Source: Chlamydiota bacterium
GTDB lineage: Bacteria; Auribacterota; JACPWU01
Assembly: GCA_016196885.1 (NCBI GenBank)
Contig: JACPWU010000049.1
Location: forward strand, 1 to 31,185
Length of the DNA: 31,185 nucleotides
Reading direction: 5' to 3'
Of this stretch, positions 24,330 through 31,185 are shown piece after piece (the stretch's first letter is position 1; the number at the start of each line of letters is the position of its first letter). The position numbers and the translations under genes are program-made. Under the pieces are notes generated by a model. The model searched no databases, was not told where the DNA came from, and was given only the letters and a program-made list of their open reading frames with translations.

Positions 24330-24383
24330 ACTATAGCCAGGCCATGTGAAGGCGTCTTTAAGGTAAAGTGAATTTTCTGTGAA
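24330..24383 (-). promoter_or_regulatory. Pho-box-like array (four 11-bp-phased hexamers) plus a -10 element
   Basis: The minus strand reads TTCACAgaaaaTTCACTttaccTTAAAGacgccTTCACAtggcctggcTATAGT. The GTG start lies about 30 nt downstream. Confidence 0.55.
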
Positions 24384-24419
24384 CTGTAGGGGAGGGGGAA
24401 GTTTTTGAATCTAAGAGTT

Positions 24420-24839
24420 TTAGAAGGGAACCCTCTTTAAAAAAGAGTATTTTGAAAAATCAGAATCATGGGTAAAAATCTCTTTAATCCCGTTGTAACG
24501 TAAACAAAGAGCGATCCTTGCATCAAAGATCTCATTACCCCGCAAGGCTGGAATTTCATCCAAGAGGGTTTTAAGGTCCATCCACCAATCTTCAGATTCT
24601 TCCAGAATTCTCACCTGAAATCCCTCAATCCACTTTTTCATCAAATCAATTGCATGATCTAGGTCCAAAGGGAGGGGGAAGACTTTGCTGTGGGTGAGAA
24701 GTCTCAGGGTTTCTGCGATGTTGGTGTGAGTAGTCGCTAAAGGTTTTCGATTTTTCGAGAACCAATGCTGAACTTGAGAATGATCCTTCTGGGATTTAAC
24801 CAGAAAATCAATAATAACGTTGGTATCAAGGGCAATCAT
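24420..24839 (-). CDS. vapC: PIN-domain toxin VapC
   Basis: MIALDTNVIIDFL N-terminus (PIN acidic residue), with THDSDF near the C-terminus. The ATG overlaps the vapB TGA (ATGA). Confidence 0.8.
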   Translation of the reverse strand: MIALDTNVIIDFLVKSQKDHSQVQHWFSKNRKPLATTHTNIAETLRLLTHSKVFPLPLDLDHAIDLMKKWIEGFQVRILEESEDWWMDLKTLLDEIPALRGNEIFDARIALCLRYNGIKEIFTHDSDFSKYSFLKRVPF

Positions 24840-25069
24840 GTATCTAAAAAATCTATCCAATCCCGGCTAGATTTGAGATTGACTCGAGAAGGGCCACCCA
24901 GATCCACGGGTTTTACATCACGCGTCGGACTCTTTTTTTGATGCTTAAGAGATTCCCATCCGACTCTTGCCCAGAAGCTAATGGTTTCACTTAACGTTTT
25001 TCCCTGCCTCTGTGCTTCTCGTTGAGCAGCCCGAAAGAGATGGTCTTCAATGATCAAGCTCGTTTTCAT
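24836..25069 (-). CDS. vapB: VapB-type antitoxin
   Basis: 77 aa. The N-terminus MKTSLIIEDHLFRAAQREA is typical of small antitoxins. It is translationally coupled to vapC. Confidence 0.7.
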   Translation of the reverse strand: MKTSLIIEDHLFRAAQREAQRQGKTLSETISFWARVGWESLKHQKKSPTRDVKPVDLGGPSRVNLKSSRDWIDFLDT

Positions 25070-25076
25070 AGCGTCT

Positions 25077-25106
25077 ATGATAGAATATATATTCTATAAA
25101 AGTCAA
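25077..25106 (-). promoter_or_regulatory. vapBC promoter with an embedded 18-bp perfect palindrome (candidate operator)
   Basis: Minus strand: TTGACT (25101-25106), 18 nt, TATCAT (25077-25082). The spacer contains ATAGAATATATATTCTAT (25080-25097). The ATG lies 7 nt after the -10, suggesting a near-leaderless transcript. Confidence 0.5.
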
Positions 25107-25197
25107 GAAAATTAGAAAGGGGTGAAAAACAACTTAAATTTATTTCCAAAAATAAAAAATTATTCTTGGTCACGGTTTTTTAAATCGTTGAAAAATA

Positions 25198-25626
25198 CTA
25201 TTTTTCAAAAGCTCCCATTCGCTGTTTAGATTTTTCAAACAGGGCGAAAATTGCTTTGGCAAAAGTGTTTTTGATCAGAAGGGAAATTTGAGAAGCTTGA
25301 TCATCCGAATAAATATGAACAATTTCATTTCTCTTTTTAACCATCAGTGGGAAAATCTCTTCGTGCTTGGCATCAATCCATTTTAAATTAAAGGCCTCTT
25401 TGAAAGTGCTCAAAGGAGATGCAGTTTCAATGCCTTCTTCTAGAAGCAGTTCCTTGACAAATTTCCAAAGGCTTTCAAAAGTATACTCGAAACGCTTGGT
25501 TGAAATTTCGACCCAAATATCCTTCTCAAATTTTGCCTCGAAGTCGGATTGAAGGGCTTCTTTTAGTTTTGTGATCGCCGCTTCAAGGGTTTGATAAGAT
25601 CTCTGCAGTTTTTTCCGGTATGCCAT
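25198..25626 (-). CDS. hepT: HepT-type toxin (HI0074 nucleotidyltransferase substrate-binding family)
   Basis: 142 aa with an RX4HXY-type motif (RNEIVHIY). Confidence 0.8.
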   Translation of the reverse strand: MAYRKKLQRSYQTLEAAITKLKEALQSDFEAKFEKDIWVEISTKRFEYTFESLWKFVKELLLEEGIETASPLSTFKEAFNLKWIDAKHEEIFPLMVKKRNEIVHIYSDDQASQISLLIKNTFAKAIFALFEKSKQRMGAFEK

Positions 25627-25922
25627 AGTTCAATCTCCTGGGATGCTTCTTCCCTTACCTTTTCGTCTAGGGTTCGAAAATCTACAAAATCTATTTTCCT
25701 GAGTGTAGCGATATTATTGTTGAGCTCTTCCTCAACTTCAAGAAAATCCTTGGGTTTAATGTCGTAACGGCACAAAATGCCAATATCCATATCAGAGCTT
25801 GAGATGGCGTTTCCAACAGCATGGCTACCAAACAGAAAAACAACACACTCTTCTTTTTTAATTTTTTTGAAGATAATGTTCAGAATATTTTTCCTGTATT
25901 TTTGATAGGGAAGGGATTTCAT
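25563..25922 (-). CDS. mntA: MNT-type minimal nucleotidyltransferase antitoxin
   Basis: GSHAVGNAISSSDMDIGI (GSxxxGxxxxxSDxD motif). Its 3' end overlaps hepT by 64 nt. Confidence 0.8.
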   Translation of the reverse strand: MKSLPYQKYRKNILNIIFKKIKKEECVVFLFGSHAVGNAISSSDMDIGILCRYDIKPKDFLEVEEELNNNIATLRKIDFVDFRTLDEKVREEASQEIELWHTGKNCRDLIKPLKRRSQN

Positions 25923-25993
25923 AATTCAATCTCATCATATCATGAACCTGTAGGAACAAATGAGGATAAAAAGGATTTTTTGCCACACAATCT

Positions 25994-26097
25994 AATTCAC
26001 CCGAATCTTCCCAAACACGTGGAATGAAGTCACCTTGACATAGACTTTTTTCCCAACCCCGAAGCCACTTTCGTGGGCGACGCCTTTGGGGATTTGG
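25994..26097. repeat. 104-bp direct repeat, copy A: orphan duplicate of the cysA 3' end
   Basis: 103/104 identical to 27031-27134. The only mismatch is 26007 C against 27044 T. Confidence 0.9.
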
Positions 26098-26292
26098 CAT
26101 CAAATTATGTAATAATGTTGTTAAAATGACACCATATCCTATTGCTTTCGAATAGGTTTTGAAACCCAAGCTGATTACTCTTGAATTTCTTGTTAAAGAA
26201 GTGTTATGTTGCTCCTATAGGATATAAAGGTTCCGCCTCGATGACAAGGGCCCATGGGGCCCTCTCGAAAGAGTAGTCGGGGCGGTCGCTTT

Positions 26293-26973
26293 TTAGTAAT
26301 AGTAAGTCTTGCCCATTTTAAAAATATCGAACTCGCTTTTTACAGCTGCTTGAATAAGTTGATAAGACCTCGTATCCGTGCCTCCCCATTTTCTAAAAAC
26401 AGCCCAGTTCAAATAATCTACGATTTGTAAGTCATAGTTTGATTGTGATGGGTGGTGGAAGATGTAATATGTAACTGATGCGGGTAGCTTATTTGCAAGC
26501 ACCATTTTGATAGCTTTTTCAATAGCTTTTCTCTTTTTCTGAACTGGAATACTGTCTGTAAAGACGATCACTCTCTCAAACTCATTTAAGTTGTAATTTT
26601 TGAAGACATAAGAGAGAAGATATCCCAACATCTCTGGATAAAACCTTTCTTCTTTTTGCAAAGAAAAACCTGTTTTTCTTTTTTCAACAATAAGACTGTC
26701 AATCCTAGTCTCGTGAAGGTTGAATTCAATAATACTAAAAACAGAATTTCTAACGGCCTGACGGTCTTCTGATGCATGGAAGTACGCTATTTCAGTTCCC
26801 AATTCAATCAGATCGTATTTTAATTCATTGAGGTTTTTATATGCCTCAAAAGGTCTTTCTTTGGAAAGAGCTGTAAGAGTAAAGTATTTTGTTCCTGTAG
26901 GAGAAAAGTCTAGATTTCCGCCTTCATCCAAGAATAGATAGAGAATGCGTTTCTTGTCTTGTTCCTCTAGCAT
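26293..26973 (-). CDS. DUF3800-family protein (function unknown)
   Basis: 226 aa. N-terminal ILYLFLDEGGN, mid YFHASEDRQ and C-terminal LQIVDYLNWAV match my recollection of the conserved acidic positions of DUF3800. Confidence 0.65.
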   Translation of the reverse strand: MLEEQDKKRILYLFLDEGGNLDFSPTGTKYFTLTALSKERPFEAYKNLNELKYDLIELGTEIAYFHASEDRQAVRNSVFSIIEFNLHETRIDSLIVEKRKTGFSLQKEERFYPEMLGYLLSYVFKNYNLNEFERVIVFTDSIPVQKKRKAIEKAIKMVLANKLPASVTYYIFHHPSQSNYDLQIVDYLNWAVFRKWGGTDTRSYQLIQAAVKSEFDIFKMGKTYYY

Positions 26974-27028
26974 TTTTGAACCTTTGTATTCGGAAGAATT
27001 TCAAAATGAATATCATCTCACCCACGTA

Positions 27029-28084
27029 TCAATTCACCCGAATTTTCCCAAACACGTGGAATGAAGTCACCTTGACATAGACTTTTTTCCCAACCCCGAA
27101 GCCACTTTCGTGGGCGACGCCTTTGGGGATTTGGGCGATCAGGATAAAATCACCGTCATTTAATTTAATGTGAAGTTCTTCCAAGGCGCCTAAGAAGCGG
27201 GTGGATTGAATGGTGCCTGGCACTTCGTCTTCTTTTTCTTTTTGAGATGAAACGTATACATCGATGGGCCGAAAAAGAACAGTGGCTTTGGTCCTTTCTT
27301 TTAAATTGGTTAGAGGGATAAATTTGAAAGGTCCCCATTCTACGAGCCCATGCCGAACCATTCCCTCCACGCGATTGGTTTCTCCGACAAAAGTAGCCAC
27401 AAAGTCAGTGGCCGGTTCATTAAAAATAGTTTTCGCAGAGGCATCTTGCTGAATGGCCCCTTGATGAATCACCAAAATCCGGTCCGAGAGTTCAAAGGCC
27501 TCGTCCTGATCATGGGTGACCAAGAGGGTGGTGAGGCCCACTCGATCATGCAATTTTTTAAGCCAGGAGCGAAGCACCTTGCGAAGCCTCGTATCCAGGG
27601 CGCCAAAAGGCTCATCCAAAAGCAGCAATTTAGGTTCGGGCGCCAGGGCTCGTGCCAGAGCGACTCTTTGACGTTGGCCTCCTGACAATTGACTGGGCAT
27701 TCTTCCTTCAAACCCAGTTAAACCGACCAACTCCAGAAGTTGTTTTACCTTTTCGTCGCGTTCTTTTCGAGGAATTTTGCGAACCTTGAGTCCAAAGGCG
27801 ATATTTTCAAAAACGGTCATGTGCTTGAAAAGCGCATAATGCTGAAAAACAAATCCCACATTGCGTTCTTCGACCGGGATGTGAGTCACATCTTCGCTAT
27901 TGATCATGATTTGTCCCGAACTTGGAATTTCAAGACCTGCCACACATCTTAAAATAGTGGATTTACCGGATCCTGAAGGTCCCAGGAGTGAGACAAATTC
28001 ACCGTCCTCGACGGAAAATGAAACGTCATTGACGGCTTTAAACCCATTAAAATGCTTATGAAGATGTTGAACAGAGATACTCAT
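27029..28084 (-). CDS. cysA: Sulfate/thiosulfate ABC transporter ATP-binding protein CysA
   Basis: Walker A GPSGSGKST, signature LSGGQRQRVALARAL, Walker B LLLDEP, and a C-terminal TOBE-like domain. Confidence 0.85.
   Translation of the reverse strand: MSISVQHLHKHFNGFKAVNDVSFSVEDGEFVSLLGPSGSGKSTILRCVAGLEIPSSGQIMINSEDVTHIPVEERNVGFVFQHYALFKHMTVFENIAFGLKVRKIPRKERDEKVKQLLELVGLTGFEGRMPSQLSGGQRQRVALARALAPEPKLLLLDEPFGALDTRLRKVLRSWLKKLHDRVGLTTLLVTHDQDEAFELSDRILVIHQGAIQQDASAKTIFNEPATDFVATFVGETNRVEGMVRHGLVEWGPFKFIPLTNLKERTKATVLFRPIDVYVSSQKEKEDEVPGTIQSTRFLGALEELHIKLNDGDFILIAQIPKGVAHESGFGVGKKVYVKVTSFHVFGKIRVN
27031..27134. repeat. 104-bp direct repeat, copy B (last ~34 codons of the intact cysA)
   Basis: See copy A. 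This copy is contiguous with the rest of cysA. Confidence 0.9.
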
Positions 28085-28890
28085 ATTTTTTTATTTTTCC
28101 TCCACAGTTCTAAAAGGAATCGTCCTGCGAGTGACAAGGCAATGAGGACAACAGCGCCCGTGTAAGCCTCTTCCATGTGAAAATCAATGTAAGCATCATA
28201 AATATAAATGGGCATGGTTTGTGTCACCCCCGAAATGTTTCCAGAAATAATTAAAATGGCGCCAAATTCACCCAGAGCTCTGGAAAATGAAAGGGAAATC
28301 CCGTCTATGATTCCTTCTTTGAGAGAAGGAAGGGTCACCCATCGTAAGGTTTGCCAGCGGGAGGCGCCCAAGGTACGAGCCGCATCCTCCGCTTCTCGCC
28401 CAAGCTCTTCAAGCAAAGGGCCCACTTCTCGAATGATAAAGGGAAGGGTCACAAAAACAGTTGCCAAAATCATTCCGGGAAGTGCGAAGACAATTTTAAT
28501 TCCAAGCGGATCTAAGAGAGCACCTAAAAGTCCTCGGGGCCCATAAGTGCTCATAAGGGCAAAGGCACCAATGGCTGCGGGTGCTGCAAAGGGTAAATCC
28601 ACAAGACCGTTTAAAAATTTTCGCCCAAAAAATTTGTCTCTGACGAGGGTAATAGACGTTAAAATGCCTAAAGGAAGGGTGATCAAAAGAGAAAGACTGA
28701 CCACAAGACCTGTGTTTCTCAAGGCACACAGGGCATAATGAGTGGTTGAAGAGAGATAAAAAGTTTTTAACCCCGGCTTAAAAGCCTCCCACAAAAGATA
28801 AAAATTTGGGAAAATCAGCAAAACAAAAAGATACACCAGTGTGATGACAATCAGTAAAAATTTGATTAAATTTTTAGATTTTTTCTTCAT
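28081..28890 (-). CDS. cysW: Sulfate ABC transporter permease CysW
   Basis: Permease with an EAA loop (EDAARTLGASRWQT). The ATG at 28890 overlaps the cysT TGA (ATGA) and has GGAGGA upstream. Confidence 0.85.
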   Translation of the reverse strand: MKKKSKNLIKFLLIVITLVYLFVLLIFPNFYLLWEAFKPGLKTFYLSSTTHYALCALRNTGLVVSLSLLITLPLGILTSITLVRDKFFGRKFLNGLVDLPFAAPAAIGAFALMSTYGPRGLLGALLDPLGIKIVFALPGMILATVFVTLPFIIREVGPLLEELGREAEDAARTLGASRWQTLRWVTLPSLKEGIIDGISLSFSRALGEFGAILIISGNISGVTQTMPIYIYDAYIDFHMEEAYTGAVVLIALSLAGRFLLELWRKNKKI

Positions 28891-29708
28891 GGGATCATCC
28901 TCCTTTCCAGAGGGGCCTCGAAAAATCTCATGGTCCAAAGTAAAAGATAGGAAAGAAGGAGAACAACCACGGAGGCCGAGGCTGCTCCTTGAAAATCAAA
29001 TTGTTCAATTTTTGAAAAGATGTAGGTGGCTGCAACCTCTGTATGAAAAGGTTGTGTGCCGGCTACAAAAACAACAACCCCAAATTCACCTAGGGAACGT
29101 GCAAAGGTCAGCACAGCGCCCGAAATGATACCTGGGCGTATGACGGGGAAAATCACAGAAGTGAATATTTTAAACGGTCTTGCACCGAGCGTAATGGCTG
29201 CCTCTTCTTCTGTCGGATCGATCGAGCGCAAAAGGGGTTGAACAGAGCGAATGACAAAGGGGAGAGTTACAACGAGAAGCGCGATATAAATGGCAGACGG
29301 TTGATAAAGAATTGTAAAACCGTGGGTTTGTAACCAAGCTCCCAGGGGAGATTTTGGGCCTAGGAGTAGAGCGAGTGTCAGTCCAATGACCGAGGTTGGG
29401 ATGGCAAAGGGGAGATCAATCAAGGGATCAATCCATTTACGACCTGGAAATTTAAACCTGACCAATGCAAAGGCGCTGATCGTTCCCAAAATGATATTGA
29501 TTACAGTGACGATTCCGGCGGCCATGAAAGTGAGTCGAAACGCATAAAGGGCTTGAGGGTCTGTGAGAGATTGCCACAATTTAAGAGGTCCGTCTCTAAC
29601 GGCTTTAGAGAAAATCATGCCAATCGGAAGCGCGATGACGCTCCCTATATATAGGAAGACAAATGTGCGCTTCAGATAAGGGCCTGTTCGAGAAGAGCGC
29701 GGGGTCAT
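28887..29708 (-). CDS. cysT: Sulfate ABC transporter permease CysT
   Basis: Permease with an EAA loop (EEAAITLGARPFK), located between sbp and cysW. Confidence 0.85.
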   Translation of the reverse strand: MTPRSSRTGPYLKRTFVFLYIGSVIALPIGMIFSKAVRDGPLKLWQSLTDPQALYAFRLTFMAAGIVTVINIILGTISAFALVRFKFPGRKWIDPLIDLPFAIPTSVIGLTLALLLGPKSPLGAWLQTHGFTILYQPSAIYIALLVVTLPFVIRSVQPLLRSIDPTEEEAAITLGARPFKIFTSVIFPVIRPGIISGAVLTFARSLGEFGVVVFVAGTQPFHTEVAATYIFSKIEQFDFQGAASASVVVLLLSYLLLWTMRFFEAPLERRMIP

Positions 29709-29731
29709 ATCATGGTCACTCCATTCACCGA

Positions 29732-30745
29732 TTATTCCTTCCTTTCAGTGCGAACAATTTTTTCCCAGAGAGACCCGGGACCAAAAAATTCTTTGTCTAC
29801 CTTGGGCCATCCACCCAAGAACTCAATGTCAAAGGCGCTAGAAACTTCAGGATAGCGAGACGCATATTCCTTTTCAATATTTTTGTCAATGGACCTAAAT
29901 CCCCATTCTGACAAAATTCTTTGGGCTTGCGCCAATCTCAAGAATTCAACGAAGGCTTGAGCCACATCCTTCATCCCATGTTTATCGGCATAAGCATCTA
30001 CCACTGCGGCTGGATTTTCAACATAAATGGTAGAGGAAGGAGTGACGAATTCGATAGATTTTCCATACTTACGAAGAAGAAGTGCTTCGTTTTCGTAGGT
30101 AATCGCCACGTTACCGACCCCTCGCTCAAAATCTTGAATCGAGGCCCGTGCATTTTCAGCAAACGTGACCACATTTCGATAAAGAGCACGTAAGGCTTTT
30201 TCGGCATCTTCTGGAGAGCCTCCGTTCTTGAGAATGGCTCCATAAAGAGCCAGCACATTCCATCGAGCCCCTCCCGAGGTTTGTGGATTGGGAGTCAGCA
30301 CCTTCACACCCCTTTTCAGAAGGTCTGGCCAATCTTTTAAATTCAAAGGATTCCCGGGTTCCACTCTGAAGACCACCACGGATTTAGAAACGATTCCGTG
30401 TCCACTGGCATTCCAATCATGGGTGATGAGCCCAGATTTTTCAATGGAGTTGACATCGGACCAGAGTGATAAATAAACCACATCCGCATCAAGACCCGAA
30501 ATCACATTTCGAGCTTGGGTGCTAGAGCCGCCCCAAGAAAATTGAAATTCAATTTCTTCTCCAGAATGTTCTGCCGCCCATTTCTTGAAAAACGCAGGGC
30601 CAATCTCTTTTTCAATGGCCTCTCCTGGAGTAGAGTAGCCGACTAAAAATAACTTTCTTTTTTTAGAAGCCTCTTCTCCTTGAGCAAAAATAAAGGTATT
30701 GAAGAGCAATGCAAAACTTAAAAAGATAAGAAATTTCTTTTTCAT
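29732..30745 (-). CDS. sbp: Sulfate/thiosulfate-binding protein (Sbp/CysP)
   Basis: Signal peptide, then SWGGSSTQARNVISGLDADV and PNPQTSGGARWN, motifs typical of sulfate-binding proteins. Confidence 0.85.
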   Translation of the reverse strand: MKKKFLIFLSFALLFNTFIFAQGEEASKKRKLFLVGYSTPGEAIEKEIGPAFFKKWAAEHSGEEIEFQFSWGGSSTQARNVISGLDADVVYLSLWSDVNSIEKSGLITHDWNASGHGIVSKSVVVFRVEPGNPLNLKDWPDLLKRGVKVLTPNPQTSGGARWNVLALYGAILKNGGSPEDAEKALRALYRNVVTFAENARASIQDFERGVGNVAITYENEALLLRKYGKSIEFVTPSSTIYVENPAAVVDAYADKHGMKDVAQAFVEFLRLAQAQRILSEWGFRSIDKNIEKEYASRYPEVSSAFDIEFLGGWPKVDKEFFGPGSLWEKIVRTERKE

Positions 30746-30784
30746 AATGTTTCTCCTTAAAAGTTATTTTTAACCCCTCCAACT

Positions 30785-30829
30785 CCTCTTGAAATAAGGG
30801 GAGGGTACCCCCCTCTTATTTCAAGAGGT
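30785..30829. repeat. About 20-bp-stem palindrome in the sbp 5' region
   Basis: CCTCTTGAAATAAGGGGAGG-GTAC-CCCCCTCTTATTTCAAGAGG. The 14 outer bp are perfect and the centre is GGTACC. Confidence 0.8.
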
Positions 30830-30928
30830 TATAATCCCTGTGGGAAAGAGGGGCCGGGGGAGTTAATTTTTTCGCATGCAGTTGATTTTCCCTTAAAACG
30901 AAAACTTTAATTTCATTCCCAAAATATA

Positions 30929-30985
30929 ATTATAGACCTATGCACTTGACTTAAAGATGTCGTCCATTTGTAGTCGCCCCATTTA
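30929..30985. repeat. GTAGTCGCCC-family element, left part (copy c), apparently interrupted after 30985
   Basis: ATTATAGACCTATGCACTTGACTTAAAGATGTCGTCCATTTGTAGTCGCCCCATTTA parallels 18286-18340 with 3 substitutions and a 2-nt indel in the flank. The half-hairpin GCCCCATTTA lacks its partner. Confidence 0.7.
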
Positions 30986-31030
30986 CAAGTCAGTTCATTA
31001 AGTTTTATCCACTCAATTCTGACAGTACTA

Positions 31031-31055
31031 ATCCCACAGGGACTATAAAAACATG
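31031..31055. repeat. TAGTCCC-N3-GGGAY hairpin family, inverted copy
   Basis: ATCCCACAGGGACTATAAAAACATG is the reverse complement of the CATGTTTTTATAGTCCC-N3-GGGA pattern at 16494-16519. Confidence 0.7.
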
Positions 31056-31169
31056 GGATAAGGAGGCTCAACGAAATAGTACCGATCCTTAAAGAAGAAT
31101 AATCAAAAGGTACAAAACTACATCGTTAAAGAGATGATCCATGTACGGTGGAATATGGCCTCCTTAGTA

Positions 31170-31185
31170 TGGGGCCACGCATGGA
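31170..31185. repeat. Resumption of the GTAGTCGCCC-family element at the window edge (copy d)
   Basis: TGGGGCCACGCATGGA completes GCCCCATTTA|TGGGGC and then matches the spacer CCACGCATGGA of copy b (18346-18356). It is cut off by the window end. Confidence 0.55.

Noticed and set aside
25858-26169. 103-aa minus-strand ORF between mnt and the DUF3800 gene
   Set aside because: It overlaps the mnt start. Most of it is an out-of-frame read through the duplicated cysA 3' end, so it is an artefact of the repeat.
26161-26292. Integron attC (59-be) site downstream of the DUF3800 gene, which would make it a gene cassette
   Set aside because: Hairpins are present, but I could not identify convincing R''/R' core sites (RYYYAAC / GTTRRRY) in the right geometry. 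No intI or attI is in the window.
27264-29241. Alternative-frame and antisense ORFs within cysA, cysW and cysT
   Set aside because: Same reasoning: they are embedded in well-supported genes, have biased composition and lack start context.
31080-31166. Small hydrophobic peptide on the minus strand (…MDHLFNDVVLYLLIILL) after an AGGAGG, possibly a type I toxin
   Set aside because: The Shine-Dalgarno to ATG spacing is about 17 nt. The peptide is only 17 aa from the ATG, and it lies inside a probable repeat insertion. The evidence is insufficient.

Overview
31.2-kb bacterial chromosomal window, moderately AT-rich, with Gram-negative-type envelope genes; I cannot assign a lineage. All calls rest on reading the sequence and ORF translations and on remembered family motifs. 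No searches, folding or statistics were run. Layout: (1) tRNA-Lys(UUU) and tRNA-Glu(UUC), then a roughly 6-kb decayed defence island. It holds an intact AbiEi antitoxin next to a truncated, frameshifted AbiEii; a type I R-M locus in which hsdM, hsdS and hsdR are all broken; an internally deleted rhuM; and a DUF1016/YhcG-type PD-(D/E)xK gene. (2) Core genes on the + strand: recQ, a small membrane protein, iscS, iscA/erpA, two tandem DUF21-CBS (CNNM/CorC-type) proteins and a secreted hypothetical. (3) From 13.8 kb all genes are on the - strand. They are pilT; a decayed metal-uptake module (DUF2946-like peptide, coiled-coil outer-membrane barrel, ZnuA-like binding protein with an in-frame stop, truncated ZnuB-like permease, no ATPase); and a complete Pho cluster (PhoB-like regulator preceded by four 11-bp-phased TTCACA boxes, DUF2490 outer-membrane protein, pstSCAB, phoU). 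These are followed by an accessory islet (vapBC, mnt-hepT, and a DUF3800-type gene bracketed by 104-bp direct repeats that duplicate the cysA 3' end) and sbp-cysTWA. The non-coding DNA is unusually structured. Several intergenic hairpins have arms made of tandem 7-8-nt units, with a different unit at each locus. There is also a REP/MITE-like palindrome family with a GTAGTCGCCC core and a second small hairpin family (TAGTCCC-N3-GGGAC). The best candidates for something undescribed are the DUF3800 cassette with its toxin-antitoxin neighbours, the unit-repeat hairpin class, and the promoter-carrying palindromic element. No CRISPR array, rRNA, integrase or transposase gene was seen.
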